DNA of 62,021 nt, counting the filler, from Stramenopiles sp. TOSAG23-3 (taxonomy: Eukaryota): assembly GCA_900128585.1 (NCBI GenBank). It is 2 parts of 2 records of this genome, joined end to end, with 100 filler letters (N's around TTAATTAATTAA, not from the genome) between each part and the next. Parts side by side here need not be neighbours in the genome. Positions count along the whole stretch, not along the records: positions 1 to 31,008 come from LT642223.1; 1 more part is not named here. One strand, 5' to 3'. The notes under the pieces are model-generated. The model searched no databases, was not told the origin of the DNA, and worked only from the letters and a program-made list of their open reading frames with translations. The translations under genes were made by a program, and so were the position numbers. Below, one piece after another: positions 10,325-20,208 of the stretch (position 1 is the first letter of the stretch; each line of letters begins with the position of its first letter).

Positions 10325-11551
10325 TCAAAATTCACCACAGTACCGGTTCCATTCAACCTGTGCCAGTGTGGCCTTGATGACCTGTCGCTGGACTACATCA
10401 CCCTCCCCGAGGGTTCGTTGCGACTTTTCAAACACCTTTGGGTCTGGTTTGAAGCAGGCTTTCGGAAGAGGCACGGTTTGGTTCTCAAATTTTTGCCACT
10501 TGATATCGTCAAGAAACGGGTGGTCGAATATCGCCGCCCCCCGGGGGGCATTAGTGTTGCCCCAGACGACGCGCCGGCGCACGGACGGGTCCACGGTAAG
10601 CAAATCGTCAACGAATGCCTTCGCGTGGGGGTGCTCTCTGGAGGCGTTGACGAACTTGGGTAGTGTGCTATCACGGCACATTACCCTCGCGTAAATGTCC
10701 ATGGGGTTTTCGCTGTAAAACGGAGTATACCCTTCGTGAATTTCAAACACAATCACGCCTAAACTCCACCAGTCCACCACGTGCGCGTGCCCAGTCCCGC
10801 TGATGGTCTCCGGCGCGCAGTACTCCGGCGCCCCGCACAACGTGTAGGTTTTCTCCCGTCGATGCAACACTTTTGCATTTCCAAAGTCGATCAATTTCAA
10901 ATAGCCGTTCCATGCCAACATAATGTTCTCTGGCCGCAAGTCCCGAAACGCTATGCCTTTGCGGTGAAGGTATAGCAACGCAACGACCAGCTGGGGCACG
11001 TAAAATCTTACTTGGGCCTCGTTCAGCATTTTCCCCTTTGCTTCGTCTATCTGTTCGAACAGGTCAGACCCCGGGATGGGTTCCTGGATCAGGTACAGGT
11101 TCGCCTTGTCCTGAAACGTCCCAACGAGCCGGGCAACGTACGGGTGATCCGCCATTCGTAAGCTTTTCACTTCGTAGCTTGTGCGCCGAATGCTTTGCAG
11201 GTTGGCCTGCTCCATCTTGTTCAGAACCTTGATGGCGTAATAAAACGTTGTCCTCGTGTGCTGCACAAGGTAGACTTTTGAAAATGTCCCCGAGCCCAAG
11301 ACGTGCAGAAACTTGTACTTTCCTATTTCGGTTTGCGCCTGAGTGAAACCCAGGTGTCTTGACAAGTTCAACGGTGCCACTTTCACCGCTCGGTTCAATC
11401 GTTTCGATACCGTCAGACACTTTCCCCTCTCCGCCGCACTCAAAAATCGAAACGCCAGCCGAAACGCCGACGAACGTATCAACAACAAACGGCCCTGCCC
11501 CGACTCGCCGCCCCCAGCCTCTTCTCCGTCACCAACTTTACTAGAAGACAT
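10325..11551 (-). CDS. AGC-group (PKA catalytic subunit-like) Ser/Thr kinase with N-terminal F-box-like motif
   Basis: LGSGTFSKV, YAIKVL, FRDLRPEN, DFG, TYTLCGAPEYCAPE, DWWSLG. Ends in Phe (CGEF), as PKA-C does. First ATG is at 11551; the ORF track starts at an upstream GTG. Confidence 0.9.
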   Translation of the reverse strand: MSSSKVGDGEEAGGGESGQGRLLLIRSSAFRLAFRFLSAAERGKCLTVSKRLNRAVKVAPLNLSRHLGFTQAQTEIGKYKFLHVLGSGTFSKVYLVQHTRTTFYYAIKVLNKMEQANLQSIRRTSYEVKSLRMADHPYVARLVGTFQDKANLYLIQEPIPGSDLFEQIDEAKGKMLNEAQVRFYVPQLVVALLYLHRKGIAFRDLRPENIMLAWNGYLKLIDFGNAKVLHRREKTYTLCGAPEYCAPETISGTGHAHVVDWWSLGVIVFEIHEGYTPFYSENPMDIYARVMCRDSTLPKFVNASREHPHAKAFVDDLLTVDPSVRRRVVWGNTNAPRGAAIFDHPFLDDIKWQKFENQTVPLPKACFKPDPKVFEKSQRTLGEGDVVQRQVIKATLAQVEWNRYCGEF

Positions 11552-11950
11552 TTCTCTCCTGCTGCGACCCACACGAAAGTGAACAATGTATTGTATACAC
11601 GATATAAAATGTATACAGCAAGGGACGGGAGGGACGGGCGGAACAAACGGGCAGGGGGATGCGATGCAATCAATGGAATTGAATTGGTGGATATATTCGC
11701 GTTTCTCTTATCCCTAAATGCAATGCAATGCAATTAATGCATTTCTTGATTATCATCATACTATAATAAATTTGAATTATTTGAATGAAGAATTAATTAT
11801 ATTTATTATTCAAACAAAAAACAACTCTATAAAAAAGTAATCATCTCTTTCCTCTTCTTCTTCTTCCTATTTCCCTATTATTATATTAGATCGGGGGGGG
11901 TTGGTCTTTCTTTCTTCTTCTTCTTCTTTCTTCTTCTTCCATTTAAAAAA

Positions 11951-12039
11951 TTGAATTGAATTGAATTGAATTGACACTCCACTCCTTTTTGACACATTGA
12001 ATTGAATTGACACTCCACTCCTTTTTGACACATTGAATT
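11951..12039. repeat. 36-bp tandem duplication with TTGAA microsatellite
   Basis: ttgaattgaattgacactccactcctttttgacaca at 11961-11996 and 11997-12032. Confidence 0.92.
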
Positions 12040-12313
12040 TGTCTCGATTGTATTGTATAAAAACATTCACACCATCAACGAACAAACGATCCACCCGACT
12101 TTCGTCTCTTGTTTATTACCCGAAGAAGGAACGGAACGGACGAACGAAACGGAATACAATTAATTACAGGCAGGCGTCTTTTCTGTTTTCTGTTTTCTGC
12201 CCTTGCTTGTTTGGCTTGGCCGGCTGCCTTTCTTCTTTCTCTCTGAAAACAAAAGTGTTCGTGTGCATAGATAGCTTCTTATTTTCCTTCCCTCTATAAC
12301 GAAGCACAACAGC

Positions 12314-13330
12314 ATGGTACCTGCTAAGCATGGGACATTTGGCCATGGGTATTGTGGTTATTATCAGCATTGCCAAGGCAATGGAAACTACCACCACCAA
12401 CTCCTGGCGCCGAGCTATCACGCCGCCACCCAGCAGCGCATTTTGGCCACCAGCTCTTCTTCGGGTAAACGACGGACGGAGTTAACAACGTTGGAAACCG
12501 TTGGTGCTGGGGCGACTGCTGGTCTGATTGAATTGCTGTGCCTCTTCCCTTTGGACGTGGTGAAGACCAGGATGCAGCTGGTGACGGGGAACACCAAGGG
12601 CCTTGGCATTTTTGCGTCCCTAAACTCCTTGGTGGAGGAGGGAGGCGTGCGACGTTTATATCGTGGAATGTTGGCACCCGCGATCCAGGAGCCAATAAAG
12701 CGGTCTGTCAAGTTCACGGGCAACAGCATCTATTCAAAGTTTCTGCCCGACCAGAACTACCACTCTAGGTTTATCTGCGGGGGCATGGCGGGCATGACAG
12801 AGGCCATCTCTATTGCCCCGTTCGAAGTAGTAAAAATTCGGATGCAGGCGGCCAACCGCTTGCAAATGTACAACAGCAGCTTCCACTGCGCCAAGTCCAT
12901 TTTCAAAGAGGAAGGGGCAAGGGGGTTTGCGCTCGGGTTGGAGACTGCTCTGTGGCGGAGCGGAATGTGGAATGCCAATTACTTTGGTGCAATATGGTAC
13001 CTAAAATCTCACGCGCTGAAGCTTGACGACGACGCGGGAAAGGTCAAAACGATTGCCAGGAACTTTCTCTGTGGTTTAATTGGCGGAACCATAGGGACCG
13101 TCGCTAACAACCCGTTTGATGTGGTTGTGTCTCGCATGAGAAATGTTGTGCCGGGGGAATCGACGCCGTATCGATACGCGCTGCCGTCCTTGGTGCACAT
13201 TGTACGGCACGAAGGGGTGGGCGCCCTCTACAAGGGTTTTTTAGCCAAAGTCGCACGCCTTGGACCGGGTGGGGGGATCATGATCATGGCCTTCGATTTT
13301 GCCAAACAAATACTGTTGGACGACGACTGA
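12314..13330 (+). CDS. Mitochondrial carrier (SLC25), most like the 2-oxodicarboxylate carrier ODC/SLC25A21
   Basis: Three PxDxxKxR-type signatures (PLDVVKTR, PFEVVKIR, PFDVVVSR), plus EPIKRSVKF, YFG and RLGPGGGI. Confidence 0.9.
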   Translation: MVPAKHGTFGHGYCGYYQHCQGNGNYHHQLLAPSYHAATQQRILATSSSSGKRRTELTTLETVGAGATAGLIELLCLFPLDVVKTRMQLVTGNTKGLGIFASLNSLVEEGGVRRLYRGMLAPAIQEPIKRSVKFTGNSIYSKFLPDQNYHSRFICGGMAGMTEAISIAPFEVVKIRMQAANRLQMYNSSFHCAKSIFKEEGARGFALGLETALWRSGMWNANYFGAIWYLKSHALKLDDDAGKVKTIARNFLCGLIGGTIGTVANNPFDVVVSRMRNVVPGESTPYRYALPSLVHIVRHEGVGALYKGFLAKVARLGPGGGIMIMAFDFAKQILLDDD

Positions 13331-13357
13331 TGATGTTCGGAGATATGATATGGTAGA

Positions 13358-13390
<33 letters not shown>

Positions 13391-14438
13391 CACCCATCCC
13401 CCACCAGCCAGCCATGATGAAAGAAAGAGTGGTGGGTGGGAAAGGGCACTAATTGGTTTTAATTGCAGAGAGTAGAAGCGTATCATTAAAATGTATTTGC
13501 AATTTTGTCAGCAATTACTCCCTCCCCGTATGAACACTCCACTCCGTTCCTTCCCAACACACCACACCTACCTTCCTCCATTTCATGCCTTTCCCCCCTC
13601 TCTCCTGATGTCCAATTGTCTCTATTCCCTGGCGATTCCGCAAGGTGTGGTGTGTAATAATCTTCTATATATAGTGTTTCAATTAGGGTATATATATTAT
13701 TACATTTTTTTGATAAGTTAATCATTAATTACATATAAATAAACATTATTAACTGTAAAACTAAGTTTAAATAGTCATAATACATAATACAATATAAAAA
13801 ATAAAACTATAAATTTTTACATAATTTACTTTTTTTATAAGCTAATACTTTATAATTGCGGTAAAAAGTCCATTTAAATGGCTAAAATATATTATTTATT
13901 TATTATATATTTTAGGGTTTATTGTTATAATTTATTCACTATTTAGGGTTTATGTATTAAAAATTAGTATTAAAAAATATAATTAAGCCTTGAAATAAAT
14001 TATTTAGCCTTAAAATAATAACCCTATTTTTAAACACCACATTAGATTTGGGCTTGGCAGGGGAAGGGAAGGGAAGAAGAAGGCGGAGGGGGGGGGAGGA
14101 TCGGACGGATCCTTTGTCAGCGCTATATATATATAGCAGGCTCCTCAGGCAAACCAACCACCAACCTCCCTTGCTATGTGATGCTGCGACGGTGGGCATA
14201 ACAGATAATGGTGAGTGCCTTTTTTTGCTCCTCTCCTGCTCTGCTACCGGTAGTACCGTCATCATTATTCGATCACATCAAAAATCTTGCTGCACTTTTT
14301 TCCGCCGTCGGATCAGTCTGTCTTTTGTCTTCTACGGTTCTTCCAAGCACAATTTCTTGAAGAAAAAAGGAATCCTCTCATAAAAGTGCAATAAAATAAC
14401 TGACACGTGTACATAGGTATTGAAAATCTTGTTCGACC

Positions 14439-15329
14439 ATGAGTAGGATCATTTCCAATATCGCGTCGTTCTCTCTCTTTGTTCTGCTGCGATGTTGTTG
14501 TTGCTCGGCACTGGTCACCGCCGTCCCAAGCTGCCCGAAGTGGCTTCAGCCAGTCTGTACGTCATCGTGTGTTATTAAAAATTGCTTGCCGCCTTTATTT
14601 AAGTGCTTGGAGGATTCAACTTGCCGGGGCAACCTTGAAAAGATGGGGCCCTGCATGGCGACGTTAAAGCCTACTGACCCGAGGTACCCGTATGCCTGCA
14701 TGGTGCCGGACAACAAGCTACGGAACGACTTCTTGCACTGCGTCATCCAAGAACACAAGTGCGCGCCAATACTGCCAGGCCCTAAGTATCCTTCCTGCCG
14801 CATGGCGGACGTAGTCCCAAAGGGGGACATTCATGGCGACAAATATTTTAAGATCTCCGATTTGAAAGGAAAATGGCACAAGGTTCGGGCGTGGAAGCTT
14901 GGCGAACCATTTGAATGTTTAGGCTGCCAAAGTGCCGAGTTCACTCAGACAACAGCTGGGGAGGTTGCGTTCCAGTCGAATTGGACGGAGGACGACATTA
15001 AGAACACCCCGACTCCGATGAGTGTTGTTTCGCACATGAAAGCTCGGCCATCGGGCGGACCTGGCGCCCTTGAAAATAGTGGGTCGATGTTTGGCTTGAA
15101 CTATGTAGAGCCCTACCTTGTCGTAAAGGACGCAAGCGTGAGCTCGGAACCGTTTCTATTTTTTTACGTGTGCGGGAGCACTATGCAGGGAAACTACACG
15201 ACTGCCTTTGTCCTTGGCAAAACGCCAACTCTAAGCGCTGAAGCAGAAAAAGCGGCGTCGCTTGTTGCCGAGAGCATTGGGCTTAAATGGTCTGATTTTT
15301 GTGTGAACAACAACACATGCTTTAATTAA
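14439..15329 (+). CDS. Violaxanthin de-epoxidase-like (VDL/VDR-type) Cys-rich lipocalin with signal peptide
   Basis: Cys-rich region CVIKNC..LFKCLEDSTC..N...GPC...C...NDFLHCVIQEHKC, then lipocalin motif DLKGKWHKV, FECLGCQ and terminal DFCVNNNTC. Confidence 0.72.
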   Translation: MSRIISNIASFSLFVLLRCCCCSALVTAVPSCPKWLQPVCTSSCVIKNCLPPLFKCLEDSTCRGNLEKMGPCMATLKPTDPRYPYACMVPDNKLRNDFLHCVIQEHKCAPILPGPKYPSCRMADVVPKGDIHGDKYFKISDLKGKWHKVRAWKLGEPFECLGCQSAEFTQTTAGEVAFQSNWTEDDIKNTPTPMSVVSHMKARPSGGPGALENSGSMFGLNYVEPYLVVKDASVSSEPFLFFYVCGSTMQGNYTTAFVLGKTPTLSAEAEKAASLVAESIGLKWSDFCVNNNTCFN

Positions 15330-15589
15330 AAGGGTCATTTGGTGGTTTTTTTAAATACTGTGTACGAACGAGTAAATGAAATTAAAGACTCTAAAAATTG
15401 TGCCGTCCCCCCCCCACACACACACACCACCACTCACTATGCGATGAAGGAAGTAAAACTTTTTACTTGACACATATAAAATTTTAAATATTACTTAAAT
15501 GGCAGCACAGCCATTATTTTGTTCCTGGTGTAATGCATTAATTCTCGCATTTATCTAAATGTTAACGTTTAATGTGCCAATAAACTCCC

Positions 15590-16333
15590 TCACCGTTTTG
15601 GAAACAGTCCGACGGACAGGGCTTTCCCAGCAACCAGGTGTATTTTGGGGGAACCTTGCACAGCCGCCGCCGATTCCACTGCATCCAACCGAACACTATC
15701 TTCCAACCCCATAACAAACGTTTGCGCAGCACCGCTGCTGCCACTGTCCGCCTCCACTTCTACGCGAGTATCATCTTCCACTGCAATAACAAAAATGGTC
15801 TCAGCGTCGTCGGGCGATTGCCAAGTTGACGATAGCCCTGGTGCCACGCCTAGGCAACGCACTTCTGCGCCGTACCTAGAACGATCGACCATGCAGTTCA
15901 AATCCAGCCCTGTTGATGATCCAACGGTCGCCTCAGTGGTAACATCTCCAGGAAATTGGAATGGATCGTGCAGCTTTAACCCGACGGGTGGCTCTTCGTT
16001 TACCGACAGCGCCACGCCTGTCCCCTCCAAGAGCACTATCGTCCTGTCGACCCCAGGTATCCTACTAAAAGCTCCCCCGGGGGACCGCAACTCGGCCATC
16101 GACAGACGCCAGTCAAAGGGCGCCTTTGGCTCGCTACTACTCCCATCGCTGTCCTTAATGGCTATTTCATGGGTTACCCCCAACCCATTTTTCCATGGTT
16201 GCGCGGCGTACTCTTTTCTTCGCAGAAGGCTGGGCAGGTAAGAAGCCGCCGACACCGCCGGGGAAGCGCTGCAGCAGTACCCACGACGCGACAACCCTTT
16301 TCCTAAATGTAATAGTGGCAAAGGGTAGCACAT
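15590..16333 (-). CDS. hutD: HutD/Ves family bicupin protein with possible organellar presequence
   Basis: PWKNGLGVTHEIA, FDWRLSMA, FSRIPGVDRTIVLLEG, PFQFPGD, DLNCM. First ATG at 16333. Confidence 0.9.
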   Translation of the reverse strand: MCYPLPLLHLGKGLSRRGYCCSASPAVSAASYLPSLLRRKEYAAQPWKNGLGVTHEIAIKDSDGSSSEPKAPFDWRLSMAELRSPGGAFSRIPGVDRTIVLLEGTGVALSVNEEPPVGLKLHDPFQFPGDVTTEATVGSSTGLDLNCMVDRSRYGAEVRCLGVAPGLSSTWQSPDDAETIFVIAVEDDTRVEVEADSGSSGAAQTFVMGLEDSVRLDAVESAAAVQGSPKIHLVAGKALSVGLFPKR

Positions 16334-16644
16334 AGTGAATAAAGGGAGAAAAGTAAACGACCCTGGCAGAACCGATATGTAGGTAGAACGAGAGAGAGAT
16401 GAATGGATCTTTTTTCTGTGAAACAATAAATAAATTAAATTAAATACAGGTTAACAAAACAATAAATAGTTCAATTTCAAATAATATAGAAGAAGAGGTG
16501 CTGATCATCTGGATTGGATCATCGAGATGCGGCGATCAATGGATTACCAAAGGTGGTATTATTTGAATGTGAATGAATGAAGGAGGATTAGATATTTTAC
16601 TTCAAATTCTTCATCATTTTAATAATTCTTCTTCTATCATCTTC

Positions 16645-16735
16645 CAGAAGAAAGAAGAAAGAAGAAGAAGGGAAGAAGAAGAAGAAGAAGAAGAAAGAAG
16701 AAAGAAGAAGAAGGGAAGAAGAGAGAAGAAGAAGA
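16645..16735. repeat. GAA tract in divergent spacer
   Basis: Seen directly. Confidence 0.9.
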
Positions 16736-17427
16736 CAAATTTTAATAAAATGATGACAACCACCTGAAAAAGAAAGAAAGAAGAAAGAAAAGAAAACAAC
16801 ACACAATTAAAACAATAATATTATAAAAAAATAGTAGAAAAAGACCTTTCTTCCATTCTATCCCCTTCCTATCTCTAGAAGACTAGTCGTTCTATAATAT
16901 AAAATAAAACAACTAATTTTATGTTGTTCGTTAATGTTAATATAAACACAGCATAAGGTATAATAATAAATATTATATAGAAAGAAACAACAATCCAAAT
17001 ACATATGAATAGCACAGAGATCGTACTCCATCCTTTCCTTTCTTCTTCGTCGATCATCATCTTCTTCTTCGTCGATCTTCTTCTTTCTTCTTTCTTCTTC
17101 TCTTTTTTATTATTTTTATTAATATTACCACAGCAGGCAGGAGAAGGAGGGTGTTGTAATTTTTTAAAAATTATTTTATTGTTTTTTTCTCTTCTTTGTG
17201 GTTTATTTGTGAGATGATTTTTATTTAATAAAAGAAAGAAAGAAGAATATATATACATAGAGAGAAAAAGAAATTTAGTTCATTGAAACAAACAACCGTC
17301 TTCTTTCGTTTGTGGGATCGATCGATTTACTCACTAGCTCATTCACACACACACACACACACACACATACTCACTACAATACTTATACCCACCGTCGTTT
17401 TTCACAAGAACAGGGTATTATATTACT

Positions 17428-19938
17428 ATGGGGGCGGGAGGTTCCGTTGGTCAGCGTGGGCCTCTGGAAGAAGTAAGCCGGATTCTTGAAGCTGGGGGCT
17501 TTGGGGCCCCGCAGGGGGATGGGAGTGCACAGGAGGAACAATTGATTCAATTCTTAAAACTGGTGAACGCTGCTGGGCTATCCACTGTCCCTGTCGTAAA
17601 GGCCGAAATAGACCAGATGGAACTGCCCCCTGGCGCGCTGGCCGGTGGAACTGGGGAATTTGCGGCGGAAGAGGCAGCCCCTGTAGCAATCAACAACGCG
17701 GGGGAGAAGCTTGCCCGATTTCAGGCCTTTTTGAAAGAGAAATTGGCCAACGAAGGCGACCTTTTTTCGGACGCGCACTTTGTCGCGAACGAGAATGCCA
17801 TGTGCATACACGGGGTGGAGCAAGACCAGGCCGTCCCGTGGAAGCGCATGAAGCACGTCTACGACCGTCCGGCGGCAGAAAACGCCACCAACCCGTTGGA
17901 GCTGTTTCCCGCCAACGAGCCATCGAGTGGGTCCGTTGTCCAAAGTTCGCACTTGGGCGATTGCTACTTTATCGCTGCGTTGAGTGTGCTTGCAGAACGG
18001 CCAGAATACGTGCGCAGGCTATTCAGGGCTAGCGACCAGACCACATACCCCGCCGATGGTCGCTTCGTTTTGAACTTGCACAATTGTGGCCAGTGGCGGG
18101 AGATAAGCTTGGACGATCTCCTGCCCACAGCGGTTGTGGGAGGGACCGATCGGCCGTATTTCTGTCGAAACGAGCCAGGGCATGGGTATTGGGCCCCACT
18201 GTTGGAAAAGGCGTACGCGAAAATCTATGGTTCGTACGGGGCCATCAACGGAGGAGACATTGCCGAGGCCCTGCGGGACTTGACGGGCTCCCCAGTAATT
18301 TCCCACCGCATCGACCATGGAGAAGGAGAAAAGCTAGTGAAGAGCGGCGCAATGTGGACAGAAATGGAGTCCAGAATTAGGCATGGCCACCTCATGGCAT
18401 GCGGTTGGTGTGGAAACGAGAAAGAGATCAAAGCCTACCTTGGCCAAAGAAAAAAAAAGGGGAAGATCGGCCACCCACTTTATTCTGAGATCATTCCCAA
18501 CCATGCCTACTCCATCTTGGACTGCAAGGAGGAAAAGGGGAAGAAACTTGTAGAGGTCCGGAACCCCCATGCGACCTGGGGGGACTACAGTTCCGACGAG
18601 GGGAACCAAAAAGTGGAAAGGAGCAACGATGGTCGAGTTTGGGTCCCATTTCAAATGTGGACCAAGAGTTTCAACGCCCTGTACATATGCGCACTGCACC
18701 ACTCCACGTTGCTGAAAGACGACCCGGCCTGCCTCGTGTCCCCGAGTCTGGTGGCAGTTCAGGGCCGGTGGGCGAAGGGCTCGGCGGGCGGGTGCTCTCA
18801 GTTTAGCGGGTGGCGCGACAACCCCCAGTACTCCCTGCGGGCCAAAAGTGAAGGGAAAGTGTACATTACCATTTCCCAGCCGGATAAAAGACAGGGGCGG
18901 GAAAAGGTTGTGTCCGTGGACCAGTTTGAAAAACTGAGTTACAACCAAATTGGCGTCGAAATTGTGAAGATACAGGAGGGGAATTTTGGGCCAGAGTTGG
19001 TGTCAGGGAAGTACAGTGTGTTGCAGAAGACCTCGTTCTGGAACAAGAGGGACGTGTCGCTGGAACTGCAGATTACGAAAGAATTGGTCGGCACCGACAT
19101 CGTCCTCATTCCAAGCACATTTTATCCAAACCAGGAAGGATCTTTTACGTTGACAGCAGAGTGGGACGAAGAGTTGAGAGCAAAGGCAGAAAAGGGCACG
19201 GGCAAAACCGACCCAGGCCTCACGCTGACACGCCGCTCATTTGGGTCTAGTGGAAACGTCCCTTTAGAATCGGGTAATTCCAACAGTGCAGAAACGGGGC
19301 ACTCCTTTGAGTTTTTGTACACGTTTGACGGCGAATGGGACGCAAAAACTTCCGGCGGCCCTCCGCACAACAACCGATTCCATCTGAACCCGCAGTACCA
19401 GCTGAACGTAGGGTGCGATACCGACGTGATCGTTTTTGTCAGGCGCGTGGAGACCAATGGCAAGAAGAACGGGAAGCAACAGAAGAAACTTGGCATCGGA
19501 ATTCACGCGTACGCTGCCGTAGAATGTTTGGACCAGCCAAGCACAGTCGAAGTTTTATGCTTCGGCAAGCACCCCATTGGCAAACCCGTACTAATGAAAG
19601 CTCCTGAAATCTCCAAGGCGATCTCGGTTACCACCAACCAAAACCCAATTTTGATAGTCCCTTGCGTTGAAAAAGGAGGCAAGAGCAAGTTCCAGGTTCA
19701 TGTTCTAACTTCTCGACCGGTTGACATTCAGCCAGCAACTAAAAAGCCTAGCAAAGCTCAGGTGGACCTCATCAAAATTGAGTTGGAAGAGAAACAAGAG
19801 GAGCACGCTGCAGCCTCGGCCTCGAAAAAGGCAAAGAAGAAGAAAAAAGGCCCAAAGAAAGAAAGCGGGGGCATGTCTTTCGGGAAGGCACGGGCAGGGA
19901 TGATGGGGATGAGCATGGACTACGGAAATTTGGAGTGA
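17428..19938 (+). CDS. Calpain-family cysteine protease: CysPc + two C2-like domain III modules, N-myristoylation motif
   Basis: Starts MGAGGS. QSSHLGDCYFIAAL (Cys), LLEKAYAK, NHAYSI (His), RNPH (Asn). GRW..GSAGGC...NPQY...IPSTF and a second GEW..TSGG...NPQY. Confidence 0.93.
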   Translation: MGAGGSVGQRGPLEEVSRILEAGGFGAPQGDGSAQEEQLIQFLKLVNAAGLSTVPVVKAEIDQMELPPGALAGGTGEFAAEEAAPVAINNAGEKLARFQAFLKEKLANEGDLFSDAHFVANENAMCIHGVEQDQAVPWKRMKHVYDRPAAENATNPLELFPANEPSSGSVVQSSHLGDCYFIAALSVLAERPEYVRRLFRASDQTTYPADGRFVLNLHNCGQWREISLDDLLPTAVVGGTDRPYFCRNEPGHGYWAPLLEKAYAKIYGSYGAINGGDIAEALRDLTGSPVISHRIDHGEGEKLVKSGAMWTEMESRIRHGHLMACGWCGNEKEIKAYLGQRKKKGKIGHPLYSEIIPNHAYSILDCKEEKGKKLVEVRNPHATWGDYSSDEGNQKVERSNDGRVWVPFQMWTKSFNALYICALHHSTLLKDDPACLVSPSLVAVQGRWAKGSAGGCSQFSGWRDNPQYSLRAKSEGKVYITISQPDKRQGREKVVSVDQFEKLSYNQIGVEIVKIQEGNFGPELVSGKYSVLQKTSFWNKRDVSLELQITKELVGTDIVLIPSTFYPNQEGSFTLTAEWDEELRAKAEKGTGKTDPGLTLTRRSFGSSGNVPLESGNSNSAETGHSFEFLYTFDGEWDAKTSGGPPHNNRFHLNPQYQLNVGCDTDVIVFVRRVETNGKKNGKQQKKLGIGIHAYAAVECLDQPSTVEVLCFGKHPIGKPVLMKAPEISKAISVTTNQNPILIVPCVEKGGKSKFQVHVLTSRPVDIQPATKKPSKAQVDLIKIELEEKQEEHAAASASKKAKKKKKGPKKESGGMSFGKARAGMMGMSMDYGNLE

Positions 19939-20208
19939 AGGGGGAGTACCAGAATCCCCCCCATATACTACTAGGGTGGTACATTCTTCGGTTAAATTAG
20001 TAGTGACACATCTCGACAGAGAAAAAGTGTGCGGGTCAAATAAACAAATTGGTAAAAAAACGCAATTTTCAATATTTTGCTTGACCGCATAAATGTACGT
20101 AAATATTTCCTGTAACTCTTATGAAATGAATAATACGCAGTGGAAATTTTTACTATATGCTAAAATTAAAAAAATGGTCTCTTACTCAATCCGCTGTTTA
20201 CCAGATTG

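Noticed and set aside
10168-10356. Alternative-frame DDTSG..EDE peptide after the kinase as a frameshifted AGC C-tail
   Set aside because: The main frame already ends in a PKA-like terminal Phe (CGEF), and the alternative frame runs into the 47-bp repeat.
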